NCBI GenBank assembly: GCA_012295275.1
Contig: CM022665.1
Span: 39,556,001 to 39,620,000 of the forward strand
Direction of reading: 5' to 3'
Source of the DNA: Chrysomallon squamiferum
Taxonomy: Eukaryota; Animalia; Mollusca
DNA length: 64,000 bases
Every line of letters begins with the position of its first letter. Positions within the stretch are counted from its first letter, which is position 1. This document shows positions 1 through 13,300 of this stretch, in pieces. The notes under the pieces are model-generated. The model did not search any database. It was not told where the DNA came from and saw nothing but the letters and a program-made list of their open reading frames with translations. The translations under genes were made by a program, and so were the position numbers.

Positions 1-159
1 AGTTAGCCTCGCCATTGGACTTGATTAATACGTTTTAATTAATAACAAATATTTCAATGAAAAATTATGAAAAACTTTAAGTATATATCTTTTGTTAAAC
101 ATTTTGTAATTATAATCTCTTTGTAATATTAAAATACATTAAGATACTGTTAGAGGATA

Positions 160-188
160 ACTTTGCGGAACGATCAATTTCCGGTGTC
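160..188. promoter_or_regulatory. Putative TTC7 core promoter with ETS-type sites
   Basis: gcggaa and ttccgg motifs in a small CpG-containing patch directly before the ATG. Confidence 0.35.
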
Positions 189-309
189 ATGGCGTTAAAA
201 GCAAAAGTCAGTAGACTTGAATCAGAAATTGAGAAATGTAGAAGCGACGCCAATTGGAAGAAAGCTGTGGAATTATCCAAACAACTTGGACAAAAATATC
301 CTGATTTAG
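189..309 (+). CDS. TTC7B: TTC7 exon 1 (MALKAKVSRLESEIEKCRSD...YPDL)
   Basis: ATG at 189, GT donor at 310, phase 1. Confidence 0.92.
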
Positions 310-526
310 GTTATATCTCACAAAATAAAATTAAATAGTGACATGCTTTATAATGGTTAAAACGACAAATAATCAGTGGTTGAAAAATAACTAATATTGT
401 AATAATTATAATTATAATAATTTTAATAAAAGTATAGAGTTATATAATTCGTAATAATAATAGTTTATACGTTTTCTTATTATGATGTGGAAACATAATA
501 TTTTATTTAAATTTTGATTAATGTAG

Positions 527-557
<31 letters not shown>

Positions 558-3500
558 TTAAAAATCTCTGCCTTTTTGATGATGTCAGTTGGCAGTCAAT
601 TTAAGGATTAAGCCTAAATTTAGAATGAAGGCATTCAGACGCCTTTTCAGAGTACTTTTTTTCACTGTTGTTATTTATTTCATTACTTTCAATAATTCTT
701 TTCAAACAGGTGTTTTGGTACATTTTATTGTTGCTGAGGCAAAATTCGAAGAATATTTATCAGACAATCCACCTACAGAAAAGAATATAGAAAAAGCTCA
801 AACAGATCTTTGTGAGATTGAAAGTCTTCTTCAGAAAGTTGACCACAGAGAAACAAGGGTATTGAGGATTGTTATTTTAATTTTGGGTAGTTTTAAAATT
901 ATCTTCTTTTAAAAACAGCTAATATTAGAAATTAAAGCAATAGTTAAAAAAAAAAAAAAAAAAAAAAACAATAAATTATAACAATAAAAACTATATAAAA
1001 AATTCTTGAATTTGTTATATTTTAAATTTCTTTGACAAATTTCTTCAATAAAATTACATGAAATTAAATTGATGTAAGAACTGAAATATTTGTTAGCTAC
1101 GTTTTGTTTGTTTTTGTTTTACATTAAAGCTTATACTCATACATCGATTATTTTGTTCAGTTATTCACATATACTTCTTTACTTTCATCCTCAGATAAGC
1201 TTTAAATGAAACACCAACCCACATCCAGATCATTACTATATAATGTTACTATTAATCTTCTGCTTTTCTATTTGCAGGTAGGTTTGCAAGCACTGCTGTT
1301 GCTAGCCAAGATACACTACTGTAAAGGAGAATATGACAACGCTTTAAAAATACTCAATGAAACTGCACTGGAAAAAGTTGACGTAGACTCTTCTAGCCGC
1401 ATGCTCCACATTGTGGCAGAATCATATGCAATTAAAGGTTAAATATCCTTGACATAATGTACTGATTTTATATTTCCATAGACAGTTAACAACTTGGATA
1501 GCTATACATTCAGTAAAATTGTTTGAACGAATCTTTGCAAGAGTGTACCTAAGTTTAATTTGTTATTGGTAGCTTTAGTGGCTGACTTTAAAGCTATTTT
1601 AAAAATATTTTTGGCATGCAGATAAAAGCAGGTAAAATTTATGAAATAATAGGTAAAGAAAATTAATGCTGTATAATAAATTGTTTCGAAATTCTTTGTT
1701 ATATATTTTCTTTTTATTCTTTCCAGAGTTTATGCAATTATAGAGATTATTTAAATTATTAGCATATGTATTAATTTTCATAAACATAACACGTGTGTGT
1801 GTGTGTGTGTATGTGTGAGAGAGACAGTACATGTGTTGTGTTTTTGTCTTTGTAGGTATGAAAAAAATGGGATGGTGTGTGTGTGTGTGAATGTGTATGT
1901 GTGTGCAAATTTGGGGATGAAAAGTGGGATGTTGGGAAAGTTTAAAAACCATTGATACAAATTTTCAGTATTAAGAAAATCTATGTACATCAACAGGTTT
2001 ATGCCTTGAGCACACACCACCCACAACCACTAGTAAATTCAAAGCGATTGAACATGAGATGCAGATCACATCATGTTTTGAGAAAGCTGGTGATCTGGCC
2101 ATTGTCCACCTGCAAGAGAGAGAGAAAAACAATCATGGAGGAACACAGGGAGGCAGTCAGACTCAGCTAGCCATCCCAACATCTATTGGAATTATCTTAG
2201 AGCAAGCTATTCAGGAATCACCAATCATGTATATAAAGAGAGGGTAAGGTTTTTCTGTATTAGCGAATTCACCTGTCATGTGTTTTATTAATGCACATAT
2301 AATTGTTCTGTGCATAATCTTTATTAATAGATAAATGACTGTGAAATGGTTTTGTGTGTGTGTGTGTGTATACATATATATACACACACACACATGGGTT
2401 CTGTGAAACTGAGAAACAGTGGTCATCCATTTTACACCTGTTGTACGAAAGATCTATTGAGTTATTGTAATTTTTTTGGTTTTTTATTTTTTTGTGCAGC
2501 AGAATGTTTACAAAACTATTAAAACAGCTTTTCTTTGTGTAAATTTCACTTTGTCATTTGTGTTTTTCAAATGGAGAATGAAAATGGCCTTAGATACACC
2601 CATAATAAATGCACTGTGCACTGGTTGAAATTGTTCATGGACATTTTGTCTGCCATCACCAGCATAATGTTTTTATTCACTTTGATACAACCAACATTTT
2701 CATTACATTCAGAGACTGTAAACTAAAATAGGAGTTTGCATTCTGCAAGTGTATTTGGACAGTATTTCTAAACAAAGAAATGTGGGACTTGTAGTTGTAC
2801 AAAATAGGTCTTTAGGATGTCATGAAATAGTGTATGGATTTTGGTTTGTGGTTACCAGCATTATGTAGACATTCTCTGTCTTCCAGACAAAAGTTTTATC
2901 TTGATTTTATTTTAACATGGAAAAAATCTCAGCCACATCTGTGATTGACATTTTATATTTTGCTCATTTCTCAAGAAGTATGAATGTTACCAATTCAGAA
3001 TCAATTCATGCAACACTAGAGGTAAGAGTTTAGAGAAACTAATCAGTGTACATTATAAATATTTTTGTTTTTTTAGCAATGTATAGGATGTTAAAAAGGG
3101 TCTGTGTCAAGGTTTATCAATGGAAAAAGGATATGTTTTTTTTTTTTTTTTTTTCAAATAAAATTTGCATTATGATGGAAACAGAAGAGATATATGGCTC
3201 ACACTCATTGTGATTTGATTTTTTAAAAATAATCACATGACCACAAATTACTGGCTTGTAATTATAATAATATTAAGCAAATTGTTTTTAGTTTTATACA
3301 TCCAATAATTATTAAAAACTTGTAATGACAATTATAATTTATCTCTGAAATAGCACTTATTTGATAATAAGTGCTATTTCATATCATATAATATCATTGT
3401 GCATCGCATATCATCACAAGATGGTAGTCATGAAAATGTAACATTGGGCTGATCTGCAAGTGAAGGTGGCCTCTCTTTCTGGTCTTTTTCAGGGCAGAAT

Positions 3501-6500
3501 GCCTAAATCTAAAGTTTGAAAAGATGAGAAATTCTGCACTCTTTCAAGAAAGCACAGGTCTTCATCAGTAAAAAAAAATTCATGATTTTGATGCAGTTCA
3601 CAAGTTTACTTACACACATGGCCATTGATCATCTTCAGAACACTGTGGTCTTACTGTCAACATTTTACAAAGGACAGATGGTTGTGCTAGCCAGTGCAAA
3701 TTCAAGGGTCCATTTGCAGATATTTCTGGTGTCATGCAACTTTTTGCATCTTTGAAAGAAATTCGTTTGGAGTTTGATGTGGGAAGGGTCCATCAGAAGG
3801 TGAAAGTGCTGTTGCTGAAGTGAAGACTGGAGAGGCATTTATTGACAATGCCAAAGATTTGTTTGACCACTGCATCAAATGCACTTTGTCAGTTTTGCAG
3901 GTCTTTCTTTTGGATCAGCAGTGACAACATCAAATGCAACAGAGGAAAATCTGTTAGAACCCTGAATGGTACCTGGAGCAGCATACTCTTTTGACCTGCC
4001 AGCTATCCTGTTTTTGTTTTGTTTGCAGTTCAGGAGTTGGTGACTGCCAAAATGCTGGTGTTACTGAGGCATGGAAGAGGCAGAACCTGACCCCAGCTGT
4101 AACTCTTCTCCAAGAGCTTGTTACTCTGCTGACAAGGTTCAAAATGTGTTAGAACCTCCCATTCCGATCATGGCTTTAATTTATTCTGTTCTACTTTGTG
4201 CATTACTTGATTCATTGTTTTTGTTCATTTCCTTATTTGTCAGACCTATGTAATATGTTGCTGGGTTTTTTTCTCCACATTATGTTGGTGACGATAGCAT
4301 TTCTTTCATTTTTCTTTAGTTGCAATGACTGACTTTTGATCTGTTAAAATATCTTTTGTGATTTTGTCTCTGTTTTGATTCTATATTACATTGAACATCA
4401 AATTTCCAGAACAGCTGCTTATTTCTTTGTAGTCAATTTATGGAATGTGTAGCAAATTCCTAAGTCATACCCAGCTCTGTTATTTTCACTTTCAGTTTAT
4501 GAGTTTATATTCTTGATGCAAATTCAGTCTATTTTCCTGGTGCAAGTTTCTTCAATAGAAAAGATAGTATACCGAATGTTGATTTCTGAGAAAGGGATAC
4601 AGCTGATGATGGCGTTTTGTCAGATAACATGCAAGTGTATGGTGTGAATTATGATTACTCTTTATTCTAATATAGTTTCAATAAAATATTTAATAACATC
4701 TGTCATTTGCTTTGTTTATTTCCATCCATTTGGTGTCTGTTACATGGGACATTTGTAGATTTATGCAACTTTATAGAAAAACAAAACTTATCTTTCTTTC
4801 AGCATAATAAGTTATTTTTTGTAGCTTTCTTTCACAAAACTAGAGATTTTGAAGAATTTTAATTTTTACCACCCATGTCACAACCATGATTCAGAGAGTA
4901 CATATGTTTGTGTATGTTTTCATATTAATTTTTTACCATTAAACATTGTATTATCAATGACGTGGTATTTATATGTGTAGTAAATTGTTTCTGGATATAT
5001 ATTATCATGGTATTGTTATAGGTAATGTTTAATGGTAGGAAAATAACTGTAAAATGTTTATATATGTCAATGTTTATAGCAGAATGTCAAAGACTCCTAT
5101 ATAGAATATAATGCATAGAATAAAGATATTGGATGACCAGATGCTACAGCAGCTGATAGTAAGATGATGGACAAAGTAGGATATACTGATTTTATGTACA
5201 ATAAAATAGTTTTTTATTTTTAGGGAACTAGAAAAAGGTATACGGAGATTCAGAGAATTGCTCAGAGCAGTTGAAACAAGATTTACACAAGGAGTCAGAC
5301 TGGTAAATATAAATCATTATCGTTAATTTATTTTATTTTGTAGTTATTTTATTTAAAAAATTTTAAATTTGTATTGCCTTGCTGCAGATAAAAGTAAACA
5401 ACTTCACTGACTAATATCATTAGTATATTAACTACATCAACCACTCTGTTAGATTAGAAAAAAACACATACATAGTAAAAGGAAAATTTCAGTCTTCACG
5501 CTTTTATCCTGAGTTTTAGATTATCAAATTTTATTATTAGCAGATGTTGGTTTCTATAAATATAAAATGCAATACGCAGAAAAATGTTCAAAATATACAA
5601 AATTTTCACTTCAGATATTTGTTTTTTCCATTCTGTTAAAGGGTATATACAAAAAAACAACACAGAAAAGAAACTCTGTTCATTTGTAAAACTTTAAAAG
5701 CATTTTTCGTTTTTAGACATTAGCTCGACAGCTAGCTGAAGTGTTACTGAGGGGAGTGTGTGACAAGACTTACATACCACTGAATGTTGCAAACCAAAAA
5801 CCAAAGAAACTAAAACCCAAACAGTATTCAGGAGATAGGTAAGAATAGGGCCAGTGCTATCCATTAGACACACTCAGAACCTAGAGCAATAAAATCTGAT
5901 GTAGGTTAGAAGAAAATATTACTGATGCTACATTAAAGTATCAAAATTACTAGGAAGACAAATCTAATGGTATGCTTATAGCTCTTAATACTGTTGCACC
6001 ATCTATGGGGAAGGAAATGTTACCTGACTGTGAGATTTGTATTTGAAAAAAATGTTATATCAATATATTTCTTTGCTGAAAATCCAAGGGTAATGTTTAT
6101 CAGAAAAATTAATTTTTATTCCAGTTATTTTCCACATTAATGTTTGATTATTATCATATTTTAAATTAAAAATCACAAATGTTTGATTGTAACAGAAACT
6201 TCCTCAAATCCATTCCTTGAAACTATTTAAAAAAATATTGTTGTTTTGTTTTTTCCCAGGTTATTCTGTCCTGGAAACAGGGATGAAGAAACTTTATTGT
6301 TGTTACTTATAGCTGAAGCTCTTGTAAGTAAGATATTTTAACAAAACAAAACAAAAAATATATTTAAATTAAAATTAATTATGACAGTTAACAAACACTT
6401 TCATTGACATGCATTGTGATCAGAATCTGAATTTGCAGTAATGTCTTTTTAGTTTAATTTGTTATTTGGCAACAGACAAAATGGACTGTTGTTGTTTCCT

Positions 6501-7064
6501 CCTTAGAAAACTAGTTGTTGTTTTCAATATTGTCATTATCCTAATCAGTATTATTATTAATCTGTTATAGATTTTATTTTATAATATTCAGACAGGAAAA
6601 TACATATTACATTTTGGTTACATCCATTTCTAAATGTTCAGTTTTATTGTTGAATATAACATATTCCTGCATATATAACCATTATTCGTTCATTTTAATA
6701 TTATTTATAATAATGATGATACTACTATATTCACAAAACAAACAATAATTTATTAATTTCTTAGGTATCTAATTTTTTAAATACTACTATTACTACTACT
6801 ACTACTAATAATAATAATAAGAAGAAGAAGAAGAAGAAGAAATAAAATAATAATGTATTTCTGATACTTTATTCACACTACTATAATTCATTAATTTTAT
6901 AGATACCTCATTTTTAAAATAATAATGGTAATAACAATAATAATAAAATATAATAATTATTTCCAATGTTCTATTTACATCACAAACCATAATAATAATA
7001 ATATAATAATAATATATTTCTAGTGCTGTATTCATGCTACAAACCATAGTTTATTAATTTTATA

Positions 7065-7114
<50 letters not shown>

Positions 7115-7209
7115 TAACAATCCATATTTTATTAATTTTACAAATAATTTTAAAAATATAATAATAACAATAGAAACCATAGTTTATTAATTTTACAAAT
7201 GATTTTTAA

Positions 7210-7256
<47 letters not shown>

Positions 7257-7338
7257 CAACAATAACAAAAATAATAATATTTCTAATGCTGTATTCACAT
7301 TACAAACCACAGTCTGTTAATTTTCTAGTTAAATATTT

Positions 7339-7375
<37 letters not shown>

Positions 7376-10300
7376 GAATGGTGATGATGTATTTTTGATG
7401 CTACATACAGGCTACAAGAGAAACAGTATTAAACAGATCTGATGACTTGTTAGAGACAAGACAACATGCTTTTCACAACACTACTGCTGTTTATGACCTG
7501 CTGGCTTTGGCCCTCGTAAAGAGAGCCCAGTTCACCCAGCTATCTGATGTAAGTGTCAATCTGGATAATTTTTAATTTGTTTCTGTCTAATGATTTGTTC
7601 CATCCAGCCAGTCATTGGTCTTACTTTTGTAATAGAGTTGGGTCTTGATAGGAAGCAGGGTTTGTTAATTATTGATATTTATATTTATCTACCGGCTCTC
7701 TATTCAGTTCTGTCTAAATGATTACCTGAAGATGTATTTTATTACATGTATTTAAATTTAAATGAAAAGTATTTTAACATTTGGATGTTATATTTATCTA
7801 ATGGCTGTCTGTTGAGATGTATGTAAATTATGATTACTTAAAGACATAAGACATTTTTTATCATTTAAATATTGGAGATCATTTATAACTGATAGCATTT
7901 AATGTGACTTATTTTATCTCAAATATATATTATATAGGGATGTATGCTTGTCATTTAAAAATTATGTTATAATAAATAGTTTATAATTAAAATTAATGTT
8001 GTAATAAACTAAATATTTTCAGGACATATTCTTTATTCATGTATCTAACATGAAATATTTCTAGATGTTCCACCATTTGTAATATGAATATATATGTTTT
8101 TATTAATTTACTTACTAAAATATATTTAATTTAAATTTTTTTCTTCAGTCTTTTGAACGAGCTTTGAGATTTTCTTTTCAAGAATTTCATATCTGGAACC
8201 AGTTTGCTAATTCTCTTATTTGTGCAGGAAAGGTGATTATATTTTAAATTTATATCAAAATTGTGTCCACTGGTATAGTAAAATATTATTAAAAGTTTAA
8301 CATTTTTACAAGTAAAGGTTAATTACTTTTTTTCTTTTCTTTTGTCCTAGTATGTTACAGAATAAATTTAACTGTAAATACTATTCTATAAATTTTTGAT
8401 TATTTAATTGTAGTGTGATTATTTGATTTTACTCCATTGATTTGCAATTTCTGCCTGAAAATCCTTCTTTTTATTTTTAAATGTTATTTTATGCAATAGA
8501 TAATCTGAAAGATAAATGTACAGCTGTCAGTGAAAAATTACACGATTACTTTTTCCCAGGCTTTATTTTGTAAAGTAATATGTAGTACATTTGTTTTAAT
8601 ACAGTATGCTAGAGCTGTTCTGGTGTTAAATGAATGTAACAGGTTGGAGCCAAAAGATGTAACCATTTGTCTACAAGCAGCAAGATTGTGTTATGAATAT
8701 TTACATCAGGTATATGTTTACAGAAATACTTGTAACCTGAAAATAACTGATAGTATTACTTTTCAAAATAAAAACAATTCTTAAGTAAAATCAGAATTAT
8801 TCTCAGAATAATAAACAAGCATTATATACATTTTTAAGATTATTTTGAAAATAACCATCATGCACAATTTTAAAATTATTATCAAAGTAATAAGCAGTAT
8901 GTAAAATTTAAAAATTATTTTGAAAATAATAAACAAATGTAAAATTTTATAACTATTATCAAAATAATAAACAGGCATTAAAATTATGTATTATTTCAAA
9001 ATAATAAACAAGCATTATGTAAAATTTAAAAATCATTATCAAAATCATTATTTTGTAACCTGAAAATAACTGATAGTTTGTTTTCAAAATAAAAAACAAT
9101 TTTAAAAAAAATTTATTCTCAAAATAATAAACAAGCATTATATAAATTTTTAAGATTATTTTGAAAATAACCATCATGCACAATTTTAAAATTATTATCA
9201 AAGTAATAAGCAGTATGTAAAATTTAAAAATTATTTTGAAAATAATAAACAAATGTAAAATTTTATAACTATTATCAAAATAATAAACAGGCATTATATT
9301 ATGTATTAAAAAATTATTTCCAAAAGAACAAACAAGCATTATGTAAAATTTAAAAATCATTATCAAAATCTTATACAAGCATTATGAAAATTTTTAAAAT
9401 CATTATCAAAATAATAAACAAGCAATATGTAAAGTTTTAAAATTATTTTCAAAATAATAAACATTTTGTACAATTTTAAAGTTGTTCTCAAAATAATAAA
9501 CAAATGCATTATGTAAAATTTTAAATTATTTTCAAAAGAATAAACAGATATTACATAAAACTTAAGAAATCATTCTCAAAATAATAACCATTATGCACAG
9601 TTTCTCAAAATAATAAACCGATATTATAAAATTTTAAAATTAAATTAAAAATAATACATAAGCATTATGTAATATTTTAAAATTTTATCAAAATACTAAA
9701 CAGATATGTGAAAATTTTAAATTATTCTCAAAATAATAAACAAGCAATATCTAATGTTGTAAAATATTTTTGAAAATAATAAACAAGCATTATATAAAAT
9801 TTTACAATTATTATCAAAATAATAAACAAATATGTAAAATTTTAAAATTATTCTCAAAATAATAAACAGGCATAATGTAAATATTTAAACTTATTTTTGA
9901 AATAATAAACATGAAAATTTTTAAAATAATTTTCAAAATAATAAACAAGCATTATGTAAAATTTTAAAATAATTTTCAAAATAATAAACAAGCAATATGT
10001 AAAATTTTAAAATAATTTTCAAAATAATAAACATTTTGTACAATTTTAAAGTTCTCAAAATAATCAATAAGCAAATAAGCAATATGTAAAATCTGGAAAT
10101 TATTTTTAATATGATACACAAGCATTATGTAAAATTATAAACAATTTTTAAAATAGTTAACATTATATACAATTCTAAAAGTATTCTCAAAATAATAAAC
10201 AGGCATTTTTAAAATTATTCTCAAAATAATAACCATTATGCACATTTATTACAATAATAAAGAAGCGTTATGTAAAATTTTAAAATATTTTCAAAGTAAT

Positions 10301-13300
10301 AAACAAGCATTGTGTAAAAGTTTTAAATTTTCAAAATAATAAACATTTTGTACAATTTTAATGTTATTCTCAAAATAGTTAGTAAACAATATGTAAAATT
10401 TTGAAATTATTCTTGAAATAATAAACAAGCATTATTTTCAAAATAATAAGCAAGTGCTATGTAAAATTTTAAAATTATTTTCGAAATATTAAACATTTTG
10501 TACAGTTTTAATGTTGTTCTCAAAATAATTAGTAAACAATATGTAAAATTTTAAAATTATTTGCAGTATGATAAATTAGTATTCTGTAAAATTTTAAATT
10601 CTTTTCAAAATAATAAACAAGCATTATGTAAATTTTTTAAAATTAATCTTAAAATAATAATCATGTAAAATTTTAAAATTATTTTCGAAATAATAAAAAA
10701 AACATAAAAATTTAGAACTATTCTCAAAATAATAAACATTTTGTACAATTTTAAAGTTTTCAAAATAATAAACAAGCATTATGTAAAATTTAAAATTATT
10801 TTCAAAATAGTAAACATATACAATTCTAAAATTATCCTCAAAATATTAAATTAGCATTATGTAAAATTTTAAAAATTATTCTCAAAGTAAACAAGCATTA
10901 TGTAAAATGTTCAAATTAATTTCAAAATAATAAACGGATGTTATGTGAAATTTTAAAATTATTCTCAAAAATAAAGAAACACCACATAAAAATTAAAAGT
11001 TATTATAAAAATAATAAACAGACATATAAAAATAAAGAAATCATTCTTAAAAAAATAACCATTATTTACAGTTTTAAAGGTATAATTACAAGAAAACAAT
11101 CTATTATTAATGTAAAAGAAAATAGAAAGAATGCAATCCCTTTTTAAAAAGTTGTATCAATAAAACTTTAAAAAATTAAAAGCAAAAGCTATTTATGAAT
11201 GAATAAAAGAAACAGTATATATATTAACTAAAAATAGTGATGCAAATATTTAAGCATTTCATTTAAAAAATGCAACAGTATATTACTATATATGTATAAT
11301 TTTAAAAGAATTATTACTGATGATTGATTCTGTTTTACAGTATACTGATGGAATTGAATGGTCTCAGAAGGCAATATGTGTAGCTGAGGAAGATGTTATA
11401 ATGTCTAGATCATACACTTCACTGGGTATTGGATACAGCATGCGAGCTCACGAAGTTAAATTACAGGCAGAAAGACAGATGCTTCAAAGAGATGCCCTGA
11501 AGGCTTTTCAAAAGTTAGAATCTTTTTTATGTTACAAGAATTTTAAATAATTCTACAATTTGTACCTTCTTTTGTTTTTTCTTTGTTTTTTTCTTTCTTA
11601 AATTTTCCCTCTATTTCTTTATTTCATTTCTATTCTTTAATTGTTTTTTCTCATTTAATTTAAAATGTATATTTTTTAATTCTTTTAATTTTTTTGGTCT
11701 TGTCAGATGTGAGGACACAAGGGCAATAAAATTTTGTTCACAATTAAACTAGTTACAGCAATATGTCATTAATTTTGGAAAAGAAATACTGATTCTAAAT
11801 TATTTGAATTTGAAAAGAAAAAGATTAAAAAAGGTTAAAAAATAAATAAAAAGAAATTCATTTATAACTCATTGTAGACAATAATCCCCAAAAAATCAAC
11901 AACCCCCCAATAGTAATAATAATAATAATAATAAAAAGGAAAGCCCACAAAAAAACCTTCACAATAATGTATTGATATTTTTCATCTAGCTGAGAACATT
12001 TTCTTTTCAGAGCATATGAAGCTGATCCATACGATTATCTTGCCTGTTTTCACTTAGCCCTGCAGTTAGCTAACATGAGACAGGTATGGTTATTCATGAT
12101 CTGAAGTACTGTATGAAAAAAAGAAAAAAAGAATAAAAATCAACAAAAAACCCAATAATAATATTAAAAAGAAAGTTATATAAAAAGCTCAGTAAGTAAT
12201 TTCAGAGGAACAGGTGTTAAATCTTTGGAATTGTGTTTGAAAAATCCTGTCATCCGTTCAGTCAAAGGCTAATTAGGAAATTATAAGGTCTCTTTATATT
12301 CAGTTTTTATATGCAGACATAAAACACATTTCTTATGCACTGATATATAAAAAGGTAAAATTGTAAGATTATAACTTAAAAACCTTAAAGATAATTTTAT
12401 TGAAGATAAGATAAAAGGTGTTACATTAAAGAAATTTCTTATGTTTTGAGAAAAAACTACTAATTAATTTTCAGTACATGAAAAAGTGTTGTGTTAAACT
12501 GATCTCATTCTCTTTGAAACAAAGATACTAATTATATTTTAACTACAAAATTATTGTGTTAAAATGATCTATTTGAAACAAAAATACTAATTATATTTAA
12601 ATACAAAAAAGTTGTATTGAATTAATCTCATTCTCCTTGAAACAAAGATACAATAATTTTATAGCTAATATTAATTTATATCAAACTGATATCTTATGCT
12701 TTGAAACAAAAATATTAATTTTTAAATACAAAAAAAAGTGCTGCATTAAAGTGATCTCATAACTTTGAAACAAAAATACTTAATAATTTTAACTGTAAAA
12801 TTATTGTATTAAACCGATCTCTTACGTTCTGAAACAAATATACTAATTATTTTTAAATAGAAAAATTATTGTTTTAAACTGATCTCTTATGCTTTGAAAC
12901 AAAAAAAGATATTCACATTAAATAATAACAGTAGTTGTGTTGAACAGATCTCTGATGCTATAGTGTATGTAAAACTGGCACTGAAATACAGGACTGATCA
13001 CATCCACTCTCTGCATCTTCTTGTACTGCTGTTGTCAGCACAGAAACAGTTGGAGGATGCCATGGTTCTGCTTCAGGCTGCCCTTGGAGAATATCCTCAA
13101 AATCTAAGGTAACTAAATGATTTTCAAATAAATTAATATTTTTTCATTACTGTGAGTTACCATTTTCAGGAATTCATCACTGATGTCATTGCCATTATTT
13201 TTTTCTATGAAATCTGTTCAACGTGTCAATCATGAAGTTATCTCCCTAGTCAGTAGTTTATTAAACTATAAAAGCTCCTCTCTATGTGTTTTTCAAAGAA

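Noticed and set aside
8781-11147. ORFs inside the intron 10 minisatellite
   Set aside because: Low-complexity I/L/F/K translations of an AT-rich tandem repeat.
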